Origin: Stegostoma tigrinum
Taxonomy: Eukaryota
DNA length: 64,000 bases
Direction: 5' to 3'
NCBI RefSeq assembly: GCF_030684315.1
Contig: NC_081391.1
Coordinates: 6,738,178 to 6,802,177 of the forward strand
Positions 13,190 to 26,290 of the stretch are shown piece after piece; position 1 is the stretch's first letter, and the number at the start of each line of letters is the position of its first letter. Below the pieces are notes generated by a model. The model saw nothing but the letters and a program-made list of their open reading frames with translations, had not been told where the DNA came from and did no database searches. A program made the position numbers and the translations under genes.

Positions 13190-13495
13190 AGGGCCTTGCT
13201 AGCCAGGCTAGCATTTGATTGCCCATTCCTAACTACACAATTGAGAGTCAGTCTCATTGTTGTGGGTCTGGAGTTGCATGTAGGCCAGACCAGCTATTCA
13301 TTCTTTCTTAAAGAATGTTTTTGAGCCATGTGGGTTTTTAACGACCATCAGTACTGGTACCATGGCATCCATTACAGTAGCTTTTAGTTCAAGATTTTAT
13401 TGAATTCACATCTCACCATGAATACCGCCTTTGCCCCCACAACATTAGTTTGGGGTTCTGGATTACTACTGCAGTGACATTACCGCTACTCGATC
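13190..13495 (-). mobile_element. tRNA-derived SINE, family of 22406-22736
   Basis: agcatttgattgcccattcctaa..gtgggtctggagttgcatgtaggccagacc..tctggattact. Confidence 0.7.
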
Positions 13496-13689
13496 ACCTT
13501 TGCACCTTAGTACACCTTGCTCACAGGCCTACATTAGCTACAGGTGCAACGAAACCTTTTTTCTTTTTGAAAAGTCTTCTCCTTGCTAAAATGGCCTACA
13601 GTGGTAAGGCAGCCGATAGGCTAAGGAGGGAAAAAATGTTGCCAGTTGCAGGGGAAAGTGGAGTGTCGTCAATAAACAAAAACATGAAC

Positions 13690-14100
13690 CTTTAAAACCA
13701 AGGCAGTCACTAGTAATTGCAGAGGTTGACTAAAAGGTGTCTTTGAGACACATAATGCACATGTAATCAAGACAAGTAGAGCCAAACAAGCAAGGACCTT
13801 TTTGTTTTGGGTTTCAAAGTAGCAGTTTTGTACAGCTATAAAGTGTTTTAGTGAGACTGCACTTGGAATACTGTATACGGTTTTGGTCTCTTTACTTAAA
13901 GGGTACAGTTGTGTATTAGCATTTCAGAATATTCACTTGTCTGATTCTGGTGATAAAGGGGCAATCTTGAGCAAAAGTTGTGCGGGTTGGTCCTAAACCT
14001 AGTGGAGTTCAGGAGAATGAGAAGTGATGAAGTTGGAATATGCAAGATTGTGAGGAGATTTGATAGTGTTGCTGAGAAGATGTTCCTCTTTGTGACAGTG
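13690..14100 (+). mobile_element. Old CR1 fragment
   Basis: gtgagactgcacttggaatactgtatacggttttggtct (VRLHLEYCIRFWS). Confidence 0.7.
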
Positions 14101-15519
14101 TCCATGCAAGGCCCCTATCATAGGTATTCATTCCCTCCTTTCAGAGATTGCTTAAAAACCCACCTCTTCGAGCAAATGTTGGTTAATTTGTCTTTTATAT
14201 TGGTGTCAGGCTATGTTTGATATTACTTCTGTGAAGCACCTTGACACATACATAAGGGTTATGTAAATGCAGCTGGTGATTGTTGGCCTCACCTCTGCCA
14301 TGGGTGTGAAATTTCAGCATCTGTGGAAGCAGTGGGTTTGAATTTTTATTACTTCTGTGTGTTTTTCATTTGATCCAATATAACTCTATTTCTGTTGGAA
14401 GAATATAGTTTTTTTAATCCAGAAACTAGCTTGATTGAGGTTTCTGTAGAGACTCCTGAAATGCGTGCACATCCAGCTTCGGGCTGACAAAGAAAAATTA
14501 TTCTGATTTAAGAACCGCACCATAATTAGGTTTAAAATGAGCTCAAGCAAGTGTGATGCAGATTGTTCTATGAATATTGGATTGTTACCTTCCATTTAAT
14601 GATTGGGATCTCTTTGCCCCTTGCCCCAAGGTGGAGCACAGTGACTCATTTCTCCTGAATGTAGTTCATTGTTGCTCTTGGTTAAAGTGGCGTAACATAT
14701 GTGGAATAAAAATGGAAAATACTGGAAATTTTCAGCAAATCTGGTTTGTATCCCTGGAAAGTGAAACAGTGGCTATTTCAATCCCAATATGGAACAGTCC
14801 CTGAATGTATGTGAGCACATAGTGTAGTTAGTTTTGTGATTTTTTTTTCCAGTTGAAATCTCTAACTTGTTTTGAAGTGGAGCCATCTCTGTCCCCAGAG
14901 TTCAAATTTGAGTGTGTTTCACTGACAACAGCATGCATATATGTAGTCAAAGCAAGAAAATGACTTTAATGAAGCACAATGGGACATTTATGTATTCTCT
15001 AATGTACATATTATTTATATGTAATTACTTTGTATTTAATCTAAAGAAATGTTAAAGTGCTTCACAAAGCATTAAATAATGAACAGTCAGTTGGACAACG
15101 ATGACCAAAAGCTCAGCTAATGTGATGGGAGGGGTTTTGTTTGACAATGAAGTGATTTTGATGTTGCGATGGGGTTTCTAAGCTAAAGTTTCACTATTTG
15201 AAAAGTATTAAATCCTTTGGAACTGTTGTTTCCAGAGTTGCAATCTTAACACCTTGTAATAATTTGAAGAGTCATAGGCCATTTTGGAGGATGCTGTGCG
15301 CAAGTTTTTGGTTTTGAATCTATTGCCTGTCTGATTTCATGACATCTCATCATTGAAATTATGGACTTTCTGTACTGTTTCAAACTGCTGAAAATTAATT
15401 GCAGCTTATCCTTTGCTCTCCCTTTCAAGCATTTCTAGCAACTGGGATGTGTGTGATCTTTTTTTTTAAAGAAAATCTTTTTTCTCCCCTTTTTTTTTCA
15501 GGGTAATATTCGCGCCAAG

Positions 15520-15709
15520 GTGGATTTGCCAAATGAAGTTAGCCTTCCCCCTGCCGTCTCTGGGACTGGAGCAGATGGCAGTGGGGTTGGCGATGGTGAA
15601 GACGATGGTTCAGCTCCGAGTCCACAGAGTGAAGCGGTCACAAATGAATTGCAGGAGCTCACATTGCAGTCAAACAATGGCCTCTCTCCATTGAACAAAA
15701 GAAAAAATG
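15520..15709 (+). CDS. MRTFA: First coding exon of myocardin-related transcription factor A (MRTF-A/MKL1). Exon is 15502-15709; CDS probably starts at GTG 15520; ends in phase 1.
   Basis: Long polypyrimidine acceptor (tttctcccctttttttttcag, AG at 15500-15501) and donor AATG|GTGAGT after 15709. Translation VDLPNEVSLPPAVSGTGADGSGVGDGEDDGSAPSPQSEAVTNELQELTLQSNNGLSPLNKRKN resembles my recollection of the human MRTF-A N-terminus (..NEVRLPPSV..DGGGAGENDD..APSPQSEAVANELQELSLQ..LPPLSERKN|VLQL). The NEV.LPP segment favours MRTFA over MRTFB. Confidence 0.88.
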
Positions 15710-15987
15710 GTGAGTACCTGTGGACTGCATATAGTACAGTAGTGCCTTGCATATTGGCAGTTTGTGGTCTTGCCCTAATCTCGTGCGCATGTGAGATTTT
15801 GCCACTCAAAACTTTAATCTGGAGCTTGGTGAAAATAGGATCAAATACAGTTGCGATGTCTTGTGTGCTTTAATAGTTTGCCAATGTTTACGCAAAAACT
15901 ATTCTCTCTAGTACAATATCTATAGGAATCCTAGCATCAGAACTGTGATGCTTTAAGAGTTTGTACAACCTGCACAGCTAAAGGTCC

Positions 15988-16400
15988 AGTCTAGCTCAAT
16001 GGGTAGCATTCTTGCCCGTAAATCAAATAATCGTGGTACAAAGTACTACTGCAGATACTTAAAACTATCATGAAGGCTAACAACCCCAGGTCTTCTGCAT
16101 TGCTGGGTGCCGTCTTTTGGAGTAACTATTAAACCAGCCTGCTTTCTGCCCCTCCAAGTTGATTCCACAGCACCGTTCTGAAATGGAGAATGGAAACTCT
16201 TCTTGTAGTGTTGACCAGTAGTTCTCCCCAAACCAGTGTTGCTAGAACAGATGAGGTGATCATATTGCTTAATCATGGGAGCACGCTGTGCAGCAGCCAA
16301 CTTGTGCACTACATGCATTCCAAAAGTAACTACAGCCCATAAGCATTTCACAGGCCATGTAATATTCTGGGATGACCAGAAACAGTGAAAATACTATCTG
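15988..16400 (+). mobile_element. Deu-domain SINE (SacSINE1-like), degenerate
   Basis: agctcaatgggtagcattcttgcc tRNA A-box; gcattgctgggtgccgtctttt..ttaaacc Deu-like core. Confidence 0.6.
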
Positions 16401-17107
16401 AACACTTTATTTTCTTCCCATGATTTAATGGAGCTGGTGAGCAAAGCTGCCTTAATTAGTGATGTGAATGATTCCATAAATATGATAGAGTATGTTTGCT
16501 TGAGACTGGATATCGTGAGCTCTGGGAGTTGGCAGTGGCATGAGTGGTTGTGTTCTTTCTTTCTTTGTAACTCAGGGTGAGGTCAGTTTCAAACAAGCAT
16601 TTAAAAAAAGTTGCAAAATGTAACTGAAGTTAACATGCAGATTTGTTATTTTCCCTGTCATCTGTTTTCAATTTTCAGAAAATGTGAAAACTGTTTCTTG
16701 GAGATGTTGTACTTTGAATTGTTTATACAGTTTCTTAATCAAAGCTGTGCTTTGTATGTGAATCAGCAAACTACATCAGTTTAGATTTGTGGTTTTCATT
16801 GGAGGCATCTCAGTCAAATGATGCTAGATACATTTAAACAGGACAGGCAGCATCTTTGGAGAGAAAATTGGAGATTTTGTCAGAACTGATGGTAAGTGCA
16901 GATACCGAATTCAAAAACAAACTTGTTTTAAACTTTGATTAACAGCAACATCTGCACAACTTACCTAAAGTTCAAAGCCTCTTCAGGAAGTTGCACAGAT
17001 CTTAATGTTGGAATTTACTCAAAACATGGTGCAAGTTGCACTCAATGTAACAATAGTGATGTCTCAGTAATTGTATTTGAGTTCACAGTTGTGAGCAGCC
17101 TGAGGGT

Positions 17108-19085
17108 AAAGAATCATACAGAATGGAAACAGACTCTTCAGCCCAACATGACCCCAAACTAAACAAGTCCCACTTGCTTGTATTTGGCGCATATCCCTCC
17201 AAGTTTTTCCTATTCATGTACGTATCCAAACGTCTCTTAAATGTTGTAACTGTACCTGCATTTGCCGCCACTTCTGACACTTTATTTCAAATGACCCACT
17301 CTGGTTTTAAAAAGAAATTGCCCCTCATGTCCTTTTTACATGCTTCTCCTTTATGTTAAAAATACACGCCCCCTTGTTTTGAACTCCACCAGTCTAGGGA
17401 AAAGACTTGCTATTTACTTAGCTGTGCCTCTGATTTTACGAACCTCTAAGATCACCTGTTAACCTTTACACTCCAATGTAAAAAGTTCCAGTCTAAGCAT
17501 CTTTGTTGATAAGTCAAGCCTTCCATTCCCAGCAGCATCCTGGTAAATCTATTCTAAACCATCTCCATTTTAATATTATCCTTCCTACAGCAGGGTGACC
17601 ATAATTACATGCGGTACTCCAGAAGAGGCCTCACCGATATCCTGTACAAGCTCAAAATGACTCCACTCTGATACATAATGGTCTGAGCAATGCAGGCAAG
17701 CATGCTAACCACTGCCTTAACCACCCTGCCTACCTGTGATGCAAAGTTGAAAGGATTACATTCCTGAACCCCTAGGTGTCTCCATTTTTACAATGCTATC
17801 CAGGGTCCTGCCCTCATTCGTTTTTACCAAAATGCAATACCTGTCTTCTACTGTCAAGTCAATTTTGTATAGAATTGGAAAGCTCAACCTGAATCCCATA
17901 TAATCTAACTTTGCTAATTAGTCAACCACGTGGAACCTTGTCCAAGTCTTCACTGAAGTCCAAGTAAACAATGTCCACCGTACTGCCCTCAGTCCTTTTG
18001 GTTGCTTCCTCAAAAAACTCAATTAAGGTTGAGAGACACGATTTCCCTTGCACAAACCATGCTGACCATCCCTAATCAGAGCTTGCCTCTGCAAATGCAT
18101 GTAAATCCTATCTTTCAGAATTACCTCTGACAACTTACCCACTGCTGATATCAGGCTATAGTTCCCAAACTTCTCCTTCCAGCTTTTCTTAAATTCGGAC
18201 ACTGTCCAGTCCTCTGGCACCTCACCCATAGTTATAGATGATCTCAATACTTCTGCTAGGGGTCCCACAATTTCTTCCCAACTTCCCACAATGTCCTGGG
18301 TTTTGCTTGATCAGGTCCTGATGACATATCCACCTTTTATATTTTCTAAGACCTCCAGCATTTGCTGTTCTCTCTTGTGAACTGTTTTCCAAACATCAAT
18401 ATTTATATCCCTGTGTTCTCTAGCCTCCATTTCTGTCTCCCCGTTAAAAACTAATAGGAGAGATAATTAATGAATATCTCTTATATCCTGAGGTTCAACA
18501 CACAGATGACCTTGTCAATCTTTGAGGGGCTCCATTTTCTCTTTAATTGCTCTTTTGCTCGTAATGTACTTGTAGAATCTCTTTGGATTATCCTTGAAAT
18601 TATCTGTCAAGACAATCTCAGATCCCCTCTTGAAGAATGTCCTACATACTTGTTATACTCTTGAAGAGATTCATTTGATCCCAGTTGTCTGTCTATAATA
18701 TGATTCTTTCTTATTCTTGACTCAATATTTTTATTCATCCATTGTACCCTTATCTTATCAGCCTTACCTTTCACCCTAACAGGAACATAATGCCTCTGAA
18801 TTTTCCTCATCACAACTTTGAAAGCCTCCCTCTTGTCAATTGTCCCTTTCCCTGTGAACAGTCCATTCCAATCAACTTTTGATTGTTCTTGTCTTGTACC
18901 ATTAAAATTTGCCTTACTCCAGTTAAGAACATAACTTTCATGGAAGGCTTCTCCTTTTCCATGACTCACTTAAAACTAATAGAATTTTGATCAGCAGTCC
19001 TAAAGTGTTTGCCTGTTGACAGTTTAGTCACCTGTTCTGCCTTGAGACCAAGTTTTGGTTCTTCTCTGGTAGGTATATTTACATA
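17108..19085 (-). mobile_element. CR1 LINE fragment with internal deletions
   Basis: EVPEDW..KEKFGNYSLISAVGKL..LIRDGQHG and NWSKANFNG..VPVRVKG motifs; 3' UTR near 17110-17300. Confidence 0.9.
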
Positions 19086-20289
19086 TTGATAGCTTGCAAT
19101 CTTGTTTCATTTATCCTGAATTCAAATAGTCACCCTTTGAATTTTCTCATTGTTGGGTTTTAAGTGCATCCAGGTCACGTGTTGCCATGACAGTTCTGTT
19201 GTTCAGCATTCGTGAGTGGTTGCATTACAAGACACTTACTTTTCCCTGAAATGGCCTGACATCTCTTAGCCTTGTTGTTATGCCCTCTTAAATTGTCCCA
19301 AACGATCATAAATGTGAAAGTTTGGAAACTGTGTCCCCTGTTTTCTTTGGTCAGCTGTAGTGTGGCACTTCAAGTGCATAAGTGTTAACTAACTTTTGAC
19401 ATTCCAAGCACAAATAGTTCTCCTAAAGTGCGAAGCTTGTTCTTGTACTACCTTGTGCTACAGTAAATAATGTTCATGGGGAAATGGCAATAGAAAGTTG
19501 GCAATTCGCATTAATGAAACATGGGCTACAGCAGAACTATCTGCGTGCCAGACTTTGCAGGTGATGTTTTCTATCTTGAGTTATTCAGTGTCTCCTTCCC
19601 ATTAATTACTTGAATGTATAAGCCAAGAGAAACCCTACTGGTGATATTTTGGTCCAACATCTATAGTGAACAACTGACCTTAGTGCCAATTTGGGACACT
19701 CAGGCTGGTGACTAACACAAGTTTGCTCTTTACTTTTTAAAACAAAAACTTCCAGTCTTGAATACAAGTATGATTTTTGCAGATGTTGAGTGGATTTACA
19801 ATGGAACCAGTTTTGATAAGATTGTGTTGATACATATATGTCCATCTGAATGTCAATAACGTGTTAGCATCTACCTGGGAATGCAAATCCCAAAGTAAAG
19901 TGATTGCTTCCTCGTTGAATTTCGGGTAATTAGTCTGCAGTGTAGTCTGTATAGGGGATACTTGATAATATCCAGCATTGTCTGTGCATTGCCATATGTG
20001 TGTAAGGGGTTTTTACTGAAGCCCCAGTGGTGGAGTTTGGATGCACTGGGGCCTTGGCCAACCCTGAAGGAGAGAGTCTCACCATTTTGAGGAAATAAAC
20101 AGTACTTTAGAGAAGATAGTGATATTTTCTTTTGGTCTATGCTTGATGAAAAGGAATTTGGTGCAGCAATTCCTTTTTAAAAAAAGAAAGGCGGTGAAAG
20201 GATCTGGTAAATAATTCAGATCACCTACTGATGAGAATAATTGAGTGAACGGTGTGTAATGGGGAGCAATACTGGAGTTTTGTTTTAAG

Positions 20290-20720
20290 AGCCTGACTGG
20301 TATTGGCTATCCCTTGATTTGAGGATGACAGGGTTGTGACTGAACAGGCAAGTCCCTGAGTCCTCAGACCTTTGAGCACTTTGGGGAGGTGCTAGTGCAG
20401 GATTTGCTTCCTCCTCTTCCCCTTTCTGCACTCACTCTGCCTATTGTTGTTGAGATGTTGGGTTCAAAGAGTGAGGAAGCTCAACAGACAAGTTGCCATA
20501 CTGAATAATGGGTAATGAGATTCTCCCAATTATTAATGTAGTGTTGCTGCACTTCAGTGGTAGCTTCATTGTGTCTTTGAAGGCTTTTCTTCATTTTCCC
20601 TGGAACTCTGGCTATTGGAGAGTTGAGAAAACAGGTCCTTTCAGAAGAGTCTTTTTGGTCTTTGGGATATAGTGTTCAATCCATGATGACTGATTTTGTG
20701 TGAGTTTTGCCTGAGTACTC
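20290..20720 (-). mobile_element. Probable RTE-type LINE 3' fragment
   Basis: ccttgatttgaggatgac tail is similar to the reverse complement of ~34030-34050; degenerate C-terminal coding remnants. Confidence 0.4.
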
Positions 20721-21821
20721 GTGCTGACTTCTAGCTTGATTGTATGTGGAAGGGAAGATTGAAGGAGGGTGTGTCTCGCAAAATTAAGATTCTGGAAAAT
20801 AATTTGAGAATAGAAGTTAGTAAATCATTCCTTCACATTCTGTGAAGCAGAAGTTGGCGCGTTCCATGTATGTTATTAAAAGAAGTTAGCGAGAGGGTTA
20901 ATTTTGATTGCTGAAGAAAGTGATTGGCTGCACAGAGCAAAGTTCACTGGCATTGTAAAAGCTTTGTGTGTTCAAGGCTGTCCTCATTTGAGGTGGTGAG
21001 CTGTATCGAACAAGCAGGAGGAGAGGCCCATACCTGAAAGTGTCCCACCCCCACTGAACAGTCGTCACCAGTGATAACCTTTTCACACAACCTTCATTTG
21101 AGAGAGAAATCGCACAGGAGTGAGAATGTGGTGGTGAATAACTTTGACCACGAGCCACTTGAAGAAAACACCCTTGTTTGGAAATGGAAAATCTGCTGCT
21201 CATGATCCACTGTGTGCACAGAGCAGGTAAGGTAGAGCTCATGTCTGAGGCATCAGGGTGGTGTTCAGTTAAATGGCTGTCTCTCTGGGAGCAGCTTATT
21301 CCCAATAGAATGGTTTAACTCTGAATTGTTTTCCTAGTTGATGAAGAGAGCTTTTCAGCAGGAGCTATGGGGCCCCTGAGATGGTAGTGATGTGTTTTAA
21401 TTTTGTTTTGCAATACTGCTTGCATTGCCAATTTCTATATACTGAGTGCACATTCCATTACAGCTTCTGAGTGGTGGCATGTTTGAACAAAGAGTCTCAA
21501 CAGTTGTCTATGCTTCTTAAATCAAATAATGTACTGTGGGCTTTAACCTCCCAATTTGTCGTCATTCCCTTGCCTACTGAGGCCATGCACTGTTTCTGAG
21601 TTTGGGAGCTGTGCTGACAGAGACTTCTCCAGTCCCACAGCACAGGTGGCGATTGTTGGGTTGACTTCCTAATTTTACTCCATGATCTTGCTGTAGAGTG
21701 TTTGATGCCCCTTGCAGACCAGAGTCTTGGTGAGGCTGTGACAAATTATACACTGTCACAGCCAAGTTTCTGAGGCAGTGCTGCTTAAGGTTCTTGGGAA
21801 GATCTGTAGCTTGTGTTGTGG

Positions 21822-22095
21822 GTTAGGTTGTTGATTTGCTCACCAGGCTGGATGGTTATTGTTCAGATGTTTTGTCATCATGCGAGGTAACATCAGTGTG
21901 GCCTCTGATGTGGTGATGGCTTTCTACTCCACTTAGTATTTATACAATCTGGTCTGTTGAGGTGTTTTGTCATTTCTGTTTTTTTTTTGCAAGGGGTCTA
22001 ATTTTTGTGCCTGGGGTCTAATTCCACATGCCAATTGATTGCCTTATGGGTGGAGAACCAGGCTTCTAGGAATTGCTGTGCATGTCTATGGCTTG
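21822..22095 (-). mobile_element. Degenerate Penelope-like 3' fragment, family of 54219-55440
   Basis: QFLEAWFSTHKAINWHVELDP; terminus similar to the reverse complement of 55320-55440. Confidence 0.75.
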
Positions 22096-22405
22096 AGTGA
22101 GGAAGGTCAGTGTTACAGTTTGCTGGTTTGCAAATTGAAATGAAGGCAATCCTAGTGTGAGAGCCTCTTGCCAGTCGTTGTTTGACAAAGGCCAATTAAC
22201 TAAACGTTTACTTTTTGCCTAAAAAGTTTATCCATCCATCTTCCTGTCTCCTTTCAACTATGGCACATACATGGTAGGACAGAACCTCAGTCTGTGCCGT
22301 ATGTTTTCAAGTTTTAATAAACAATCTGAGCAAGAGGAATGAGTATTGCGAGCTTTGTCCCTAATTGACAACTGCACCTAGGATTTCTATTTGAGTTTCT
22401 ATACG

Positions 22406-22736
22406 GGAGGCGATGGCCTAATGGTATTATTGCTGGACTGTTAATCCAGAGACCTGGATAACATTCTAGGAACGTTGGTTCAAATCCCATCATGACAAAT
22501 GGTGGAATTTGAATTTAATAAAATATCTGGAATTAAGAATCGATTGTTGGGAAAAAACCCATCTGGTTCACTAATGCCCTTTAGGGGAGGAAACTGTCAT
22601 CCTCACCTGGTCTGGGCCAACGTGCGACTTCAGACCCACAGCAATGTGGTTGACTTTGAACTGCCCTCTCGGCCATAAGGAATGGGCAATAAATGCCAGT
22701 GACGTCCTCATCCAGTTAAAGAATAAAGAAAAAAAT
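22406..22736 (+). mobile_element. Near full-length tRNA-derived SINE with LINE-like tail
   Basis: A box ggcctaatggt, B box ggttcaaatccc, tail gggcaataaatgcc..aagaataaagaaaaaa resembling the end of the LINE at 48140-49160. Confidence 0.8.
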
Positions 22737-23914
22737 TCCACATTGTCTATTACGGTGGGAGAGGGAGGTTAATAACATTTTTAAGAGGCTAGGTTTTTAC
22801 CTAGGGCATAAAGTGAAGAATCATGCCATTTGGCCCAATTAGTCTCTGCTGCTATGTATATTCCAGTCAAGTTCCCTCCCTTTTTTTCTTGTTGGAAACA
22901 ATAAATGTAACCATTCATTTCTTTTTCTCTCAAATGATTATCCAGTTTCCCGTAAAAATTGGATTTACACAGTTGACTTCAGCCACTCCCTATGGTAGCA
23001 AGTTCCATTTTTACACCATACTGTGGATGAAGATGTCAACTTTGAATTCCCCATTGGACTCCAAACTGCATTCCAGCATTACTAAACCTAGCAGGAAGAT
23101 TATTGTCCTTGATGAGGTCTTTCTTGCAGAATTTTGATGCCAGTCTCGCATATCGCAAACAAAAGGAATTATATTACTTGTCAATATTAAGGTTAGAAGC
23201 ATTCAGTGGAAAGCATACAGTCCCTCTTTCTTTAGTTCTTTGACCAGATGGGAGTCTCTCTGCCAAAGTCAACATTTACTGCCCATCCCTAATTGCTGTT
23301 GAATTAAGTGTTGTGCTCAGCCATTTTGGAGGACTGTTCAGAGTGAATTGCATACATCTCTGGAGTCGGGTCAGTCTGACAGGGGAAGGGGTCCCTTCAC
23401 TAAAGTTTGGATTGATCTGAGGACCATAGTCGTTGAGACCAAAACGTTAAAAGATTTCAAGAAAAAAAATACATATAATTCTTGGGGCTAAAGGGGTGAA
23501 ATTGGGAACAAGGTACTGAGTAGGATGATCAGCTATGATTTTATTGAATGGGGGAGCGGGATTGATGAGCCGAATGGTATGCTTCTGCGGACACGAGATT
23601 TTGGGAAAACTGAACGTGTTGGCCATGAGAAATACTCTGTGCAAGTCTGAGATTGGGAATTCTGTAGCGAATTATTTCCCAGTTTCCCTGAAGTTTGTCA
23701 GTTTAGTAGCCTGGAATTGTGCAGCTGGACAGTGTTTGTGGCAAGTATGAAGTTTCCAATATTGTTTTGGGACTGTCTGTTTGAGGGATAAATGGAGGAA
23801 TGAAGGCGGACATGTGATCTGTTCTGAATTTTGCTGTGCAGCAGGTTTGGCCCCGCCATGCGGTGAGCTTGGAGGAACTGTCAGGTGTAACATTCTCGTA
23901 CACCTAACGCCCTT

Positions 23915-24760
23915 TTCCATCTAGCTGGTAGTGACCATGGATTCGGAGTGTGCTGTTGGAGTCGTAGTGAGTTTCTGCTGTGCATCTTCTAGTGGTGTAA
24001 AGCATTGCTACTGTGCACTAGTGAAGGGAATGTATAAGGTGATGGGGTGGGGTGTCAAATGAGCAGGCTGTGTTGTCTTGGATGGCATTGACCTTTGAGT
24101 ATTGTTGAAGCTGCACTCTTAGTTCAAACCTGCCTCCGAGCAACATGTGCTCGTTTCTGTTTGTGGCACTTCATTCAATTGTCAGTGAGCTCCTGTGCTG
24201 ATCTGATTCAATTTAAATTGAATCAGCCATTTTAATATGAGCTTTTGTATTTGATACATCCTTCCTCCTGCGATGGAACCAGAGCAGACAATCTGAGAAG
24301 GCTACTTTTAATATTTTTTGATCCAGTTTGTTCCACAGCCCTCATGTTTGTGCACCTGGTGAGGTGGAGTGGGACAGCTTGGAGTAACTTCTAATAGAAC
24401 TGCAGCTGGGCTTGGCCAAGGTGGCCATTAACAGACACTACTGTCACTGCTATGTTCACTAAAAGTGGGTCAGATCCAACCCTGCCACTTATCAGGTCGA
24501 AATTTGGTCATCAGAAAAGTGATTGTGCTGTCATTGATAGTGCTGTCAAGCTGCACTTAGGACTAACCTGCTTTCTGCTCCGTTTGGTTTTCACCACCAG
24601 GACTAGTCAGCTCCTCAGCTAATTTAAAGCCTTGAATCAAATATCCAGCAGAAACTGAACTCCGGATATTACCTAAGAGTGACCTGTTTTTGACACCAAG
24701 GCTGCTTTTGACCAAGTATGGTATCAGAGTCCTAGGAAAACTGGTGTCTGTCAGCCTGCT
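23915..24760. mobile_element. Degenerate CR1/L2-group LINE fragments (minus ~23915-24125, plus ~24440-24760)
   Basis: Similar to the 48140-49160 family; RT-like remnants (FGFH.., FDTKAAFDQVWY). Confidence 0.55.
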
Positions 24761-25649
24761 GCAGGCTTTCGGTGATCCCTGGGCACCCAGGAAGCCTGGA
24801 ATGAATCATCACCTTCCATCTGAATAGCTAAATTCCTTTTCCTTTGCATTTTTTAAAAAATTGCATATTTGCAGTACAATGTTCAGAGGGGGTAGTTGGT
24901 TCTACTTTGGATCCCACCAAAAGTTTGAAAATAGAGGTTCAAGTCCCATTTTTGATCAACACTTGACCTTAGTTTAACCTTATATGGGCACATTCTTGTT
25001 AATCTGACTTTTAGCAAAGTGCTGCAGCCCAGACATTTTACAAGCCTGACTAAGTCATTTCTGTGCAGACTGTTTTCCATTGCCTGTCGACTGCACTTTG
25101 TGCACCTACAACTTGTTTTCATAGTGATGCAGCTGGATGCTGTTTAGAGCCAGGAGGGCTGTGGCCAGGGAGGAGCACCGGTCAATTATTTGTGTAATCT
25201 CGGAAGATTTCTAAGAGTTTCTGCCATGCTTCACTCCAGACAGAGTTTTATAATTTAACTGTATAAGTAAGCAATTTGCTACATAGCTAACTTGCATAGC
25301 CAGTTTGAACAATTTTAATTAAGTTGTCATTGGTTATAAATGAGCTTTTAATACCTCATTCACCAAGATTGAGCTTTCAGCTAAATGTGTTGACCCATCC
25401 ATGGCTCATCAACTTGAGACCAAAAGTAATTGGTGATATTCCTGTTTCTTTGCTGTCCCTTTTAAAAGGATCAGTAAAATCAGATTGTGATAAGGTAACC
25501 TAAACTTGAGTACATTTAATATCATTGTAATTTCTTCAAAATGTCTAGCAACTAATGGACCATTCTTGATGGCAGATCCAAAATCGGTGTGGAACTCTAG
25601 GATTAAACCCTACTCTTTCACCCCCCAAAAAACTCCTCCTTTCCCTGAC

Positions 25650-26290
25650 TGCAGATCATTGTTTTCTCTCAAATCCTCTACCCTCATCTCCAACAAGTGT
25701 GAGGAACTCGCAATTCGTTCTCACTAAGATTAAGACCATCCAATCAGCTGCATCTGTCACCTACTAGAACAAATTTTGTTTAAAGCACTCTCCTGCCCTT
25801 GTCCTGAACTTTTATTGTTAACTCAGTTCTCCTTATGCCTTCTGAGCTCATTTTGATCATGAAACTCCAATCTTGCATCCTAGATCCTATTCTGCTGATC
25901 ACTCACTAGCCTCCTTCCTCGCTCCAGTGTTAGCTGACATTGTTGGCAGTTCTCTAAACAAATACTTCCTTACGTCTTTATTTTCAAATCCCTTTGTGGC
26001 CTGACTCACCCCACTCTCTAACCTTAATTCTCACAACCATCTGAGATCTCTGTGCATCTTGACCACTGCAGATTCCAATTGCAGGTGTCTTGGGCTTAGT
26101 TAAATCTCCAAGTTTTAAACTCCTCTGTCCCTCATCCTGTTTCCTGCTTTAAGACTTAGAGTTCCCTCTTTGTCTCAACTTTAGATAATCTACTGTCACA
26201 TTTTTCTTTATTATGCTCCTCTGAAAAGCCTTGGGCTAATTTATTGTGATAAAGGTGCTATTTGACTATATGTTATAGTGTTGCTACTGT
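25650..26290 (+). mobile_element. Degenerate L2-like LINE fragment
   Basis: SNKCEEL..KIKTIQSA-like remnant and tail ctgaaaagccttggg..taaaggtgctat. Confidence 0.5.

Noticed and set aside
15710-15873. ORF 15520-15873 continuing past KRKN
   Set aside because: Read-through into the intron after the GTGAGT donor; similarity to MRTF ends at the donor.
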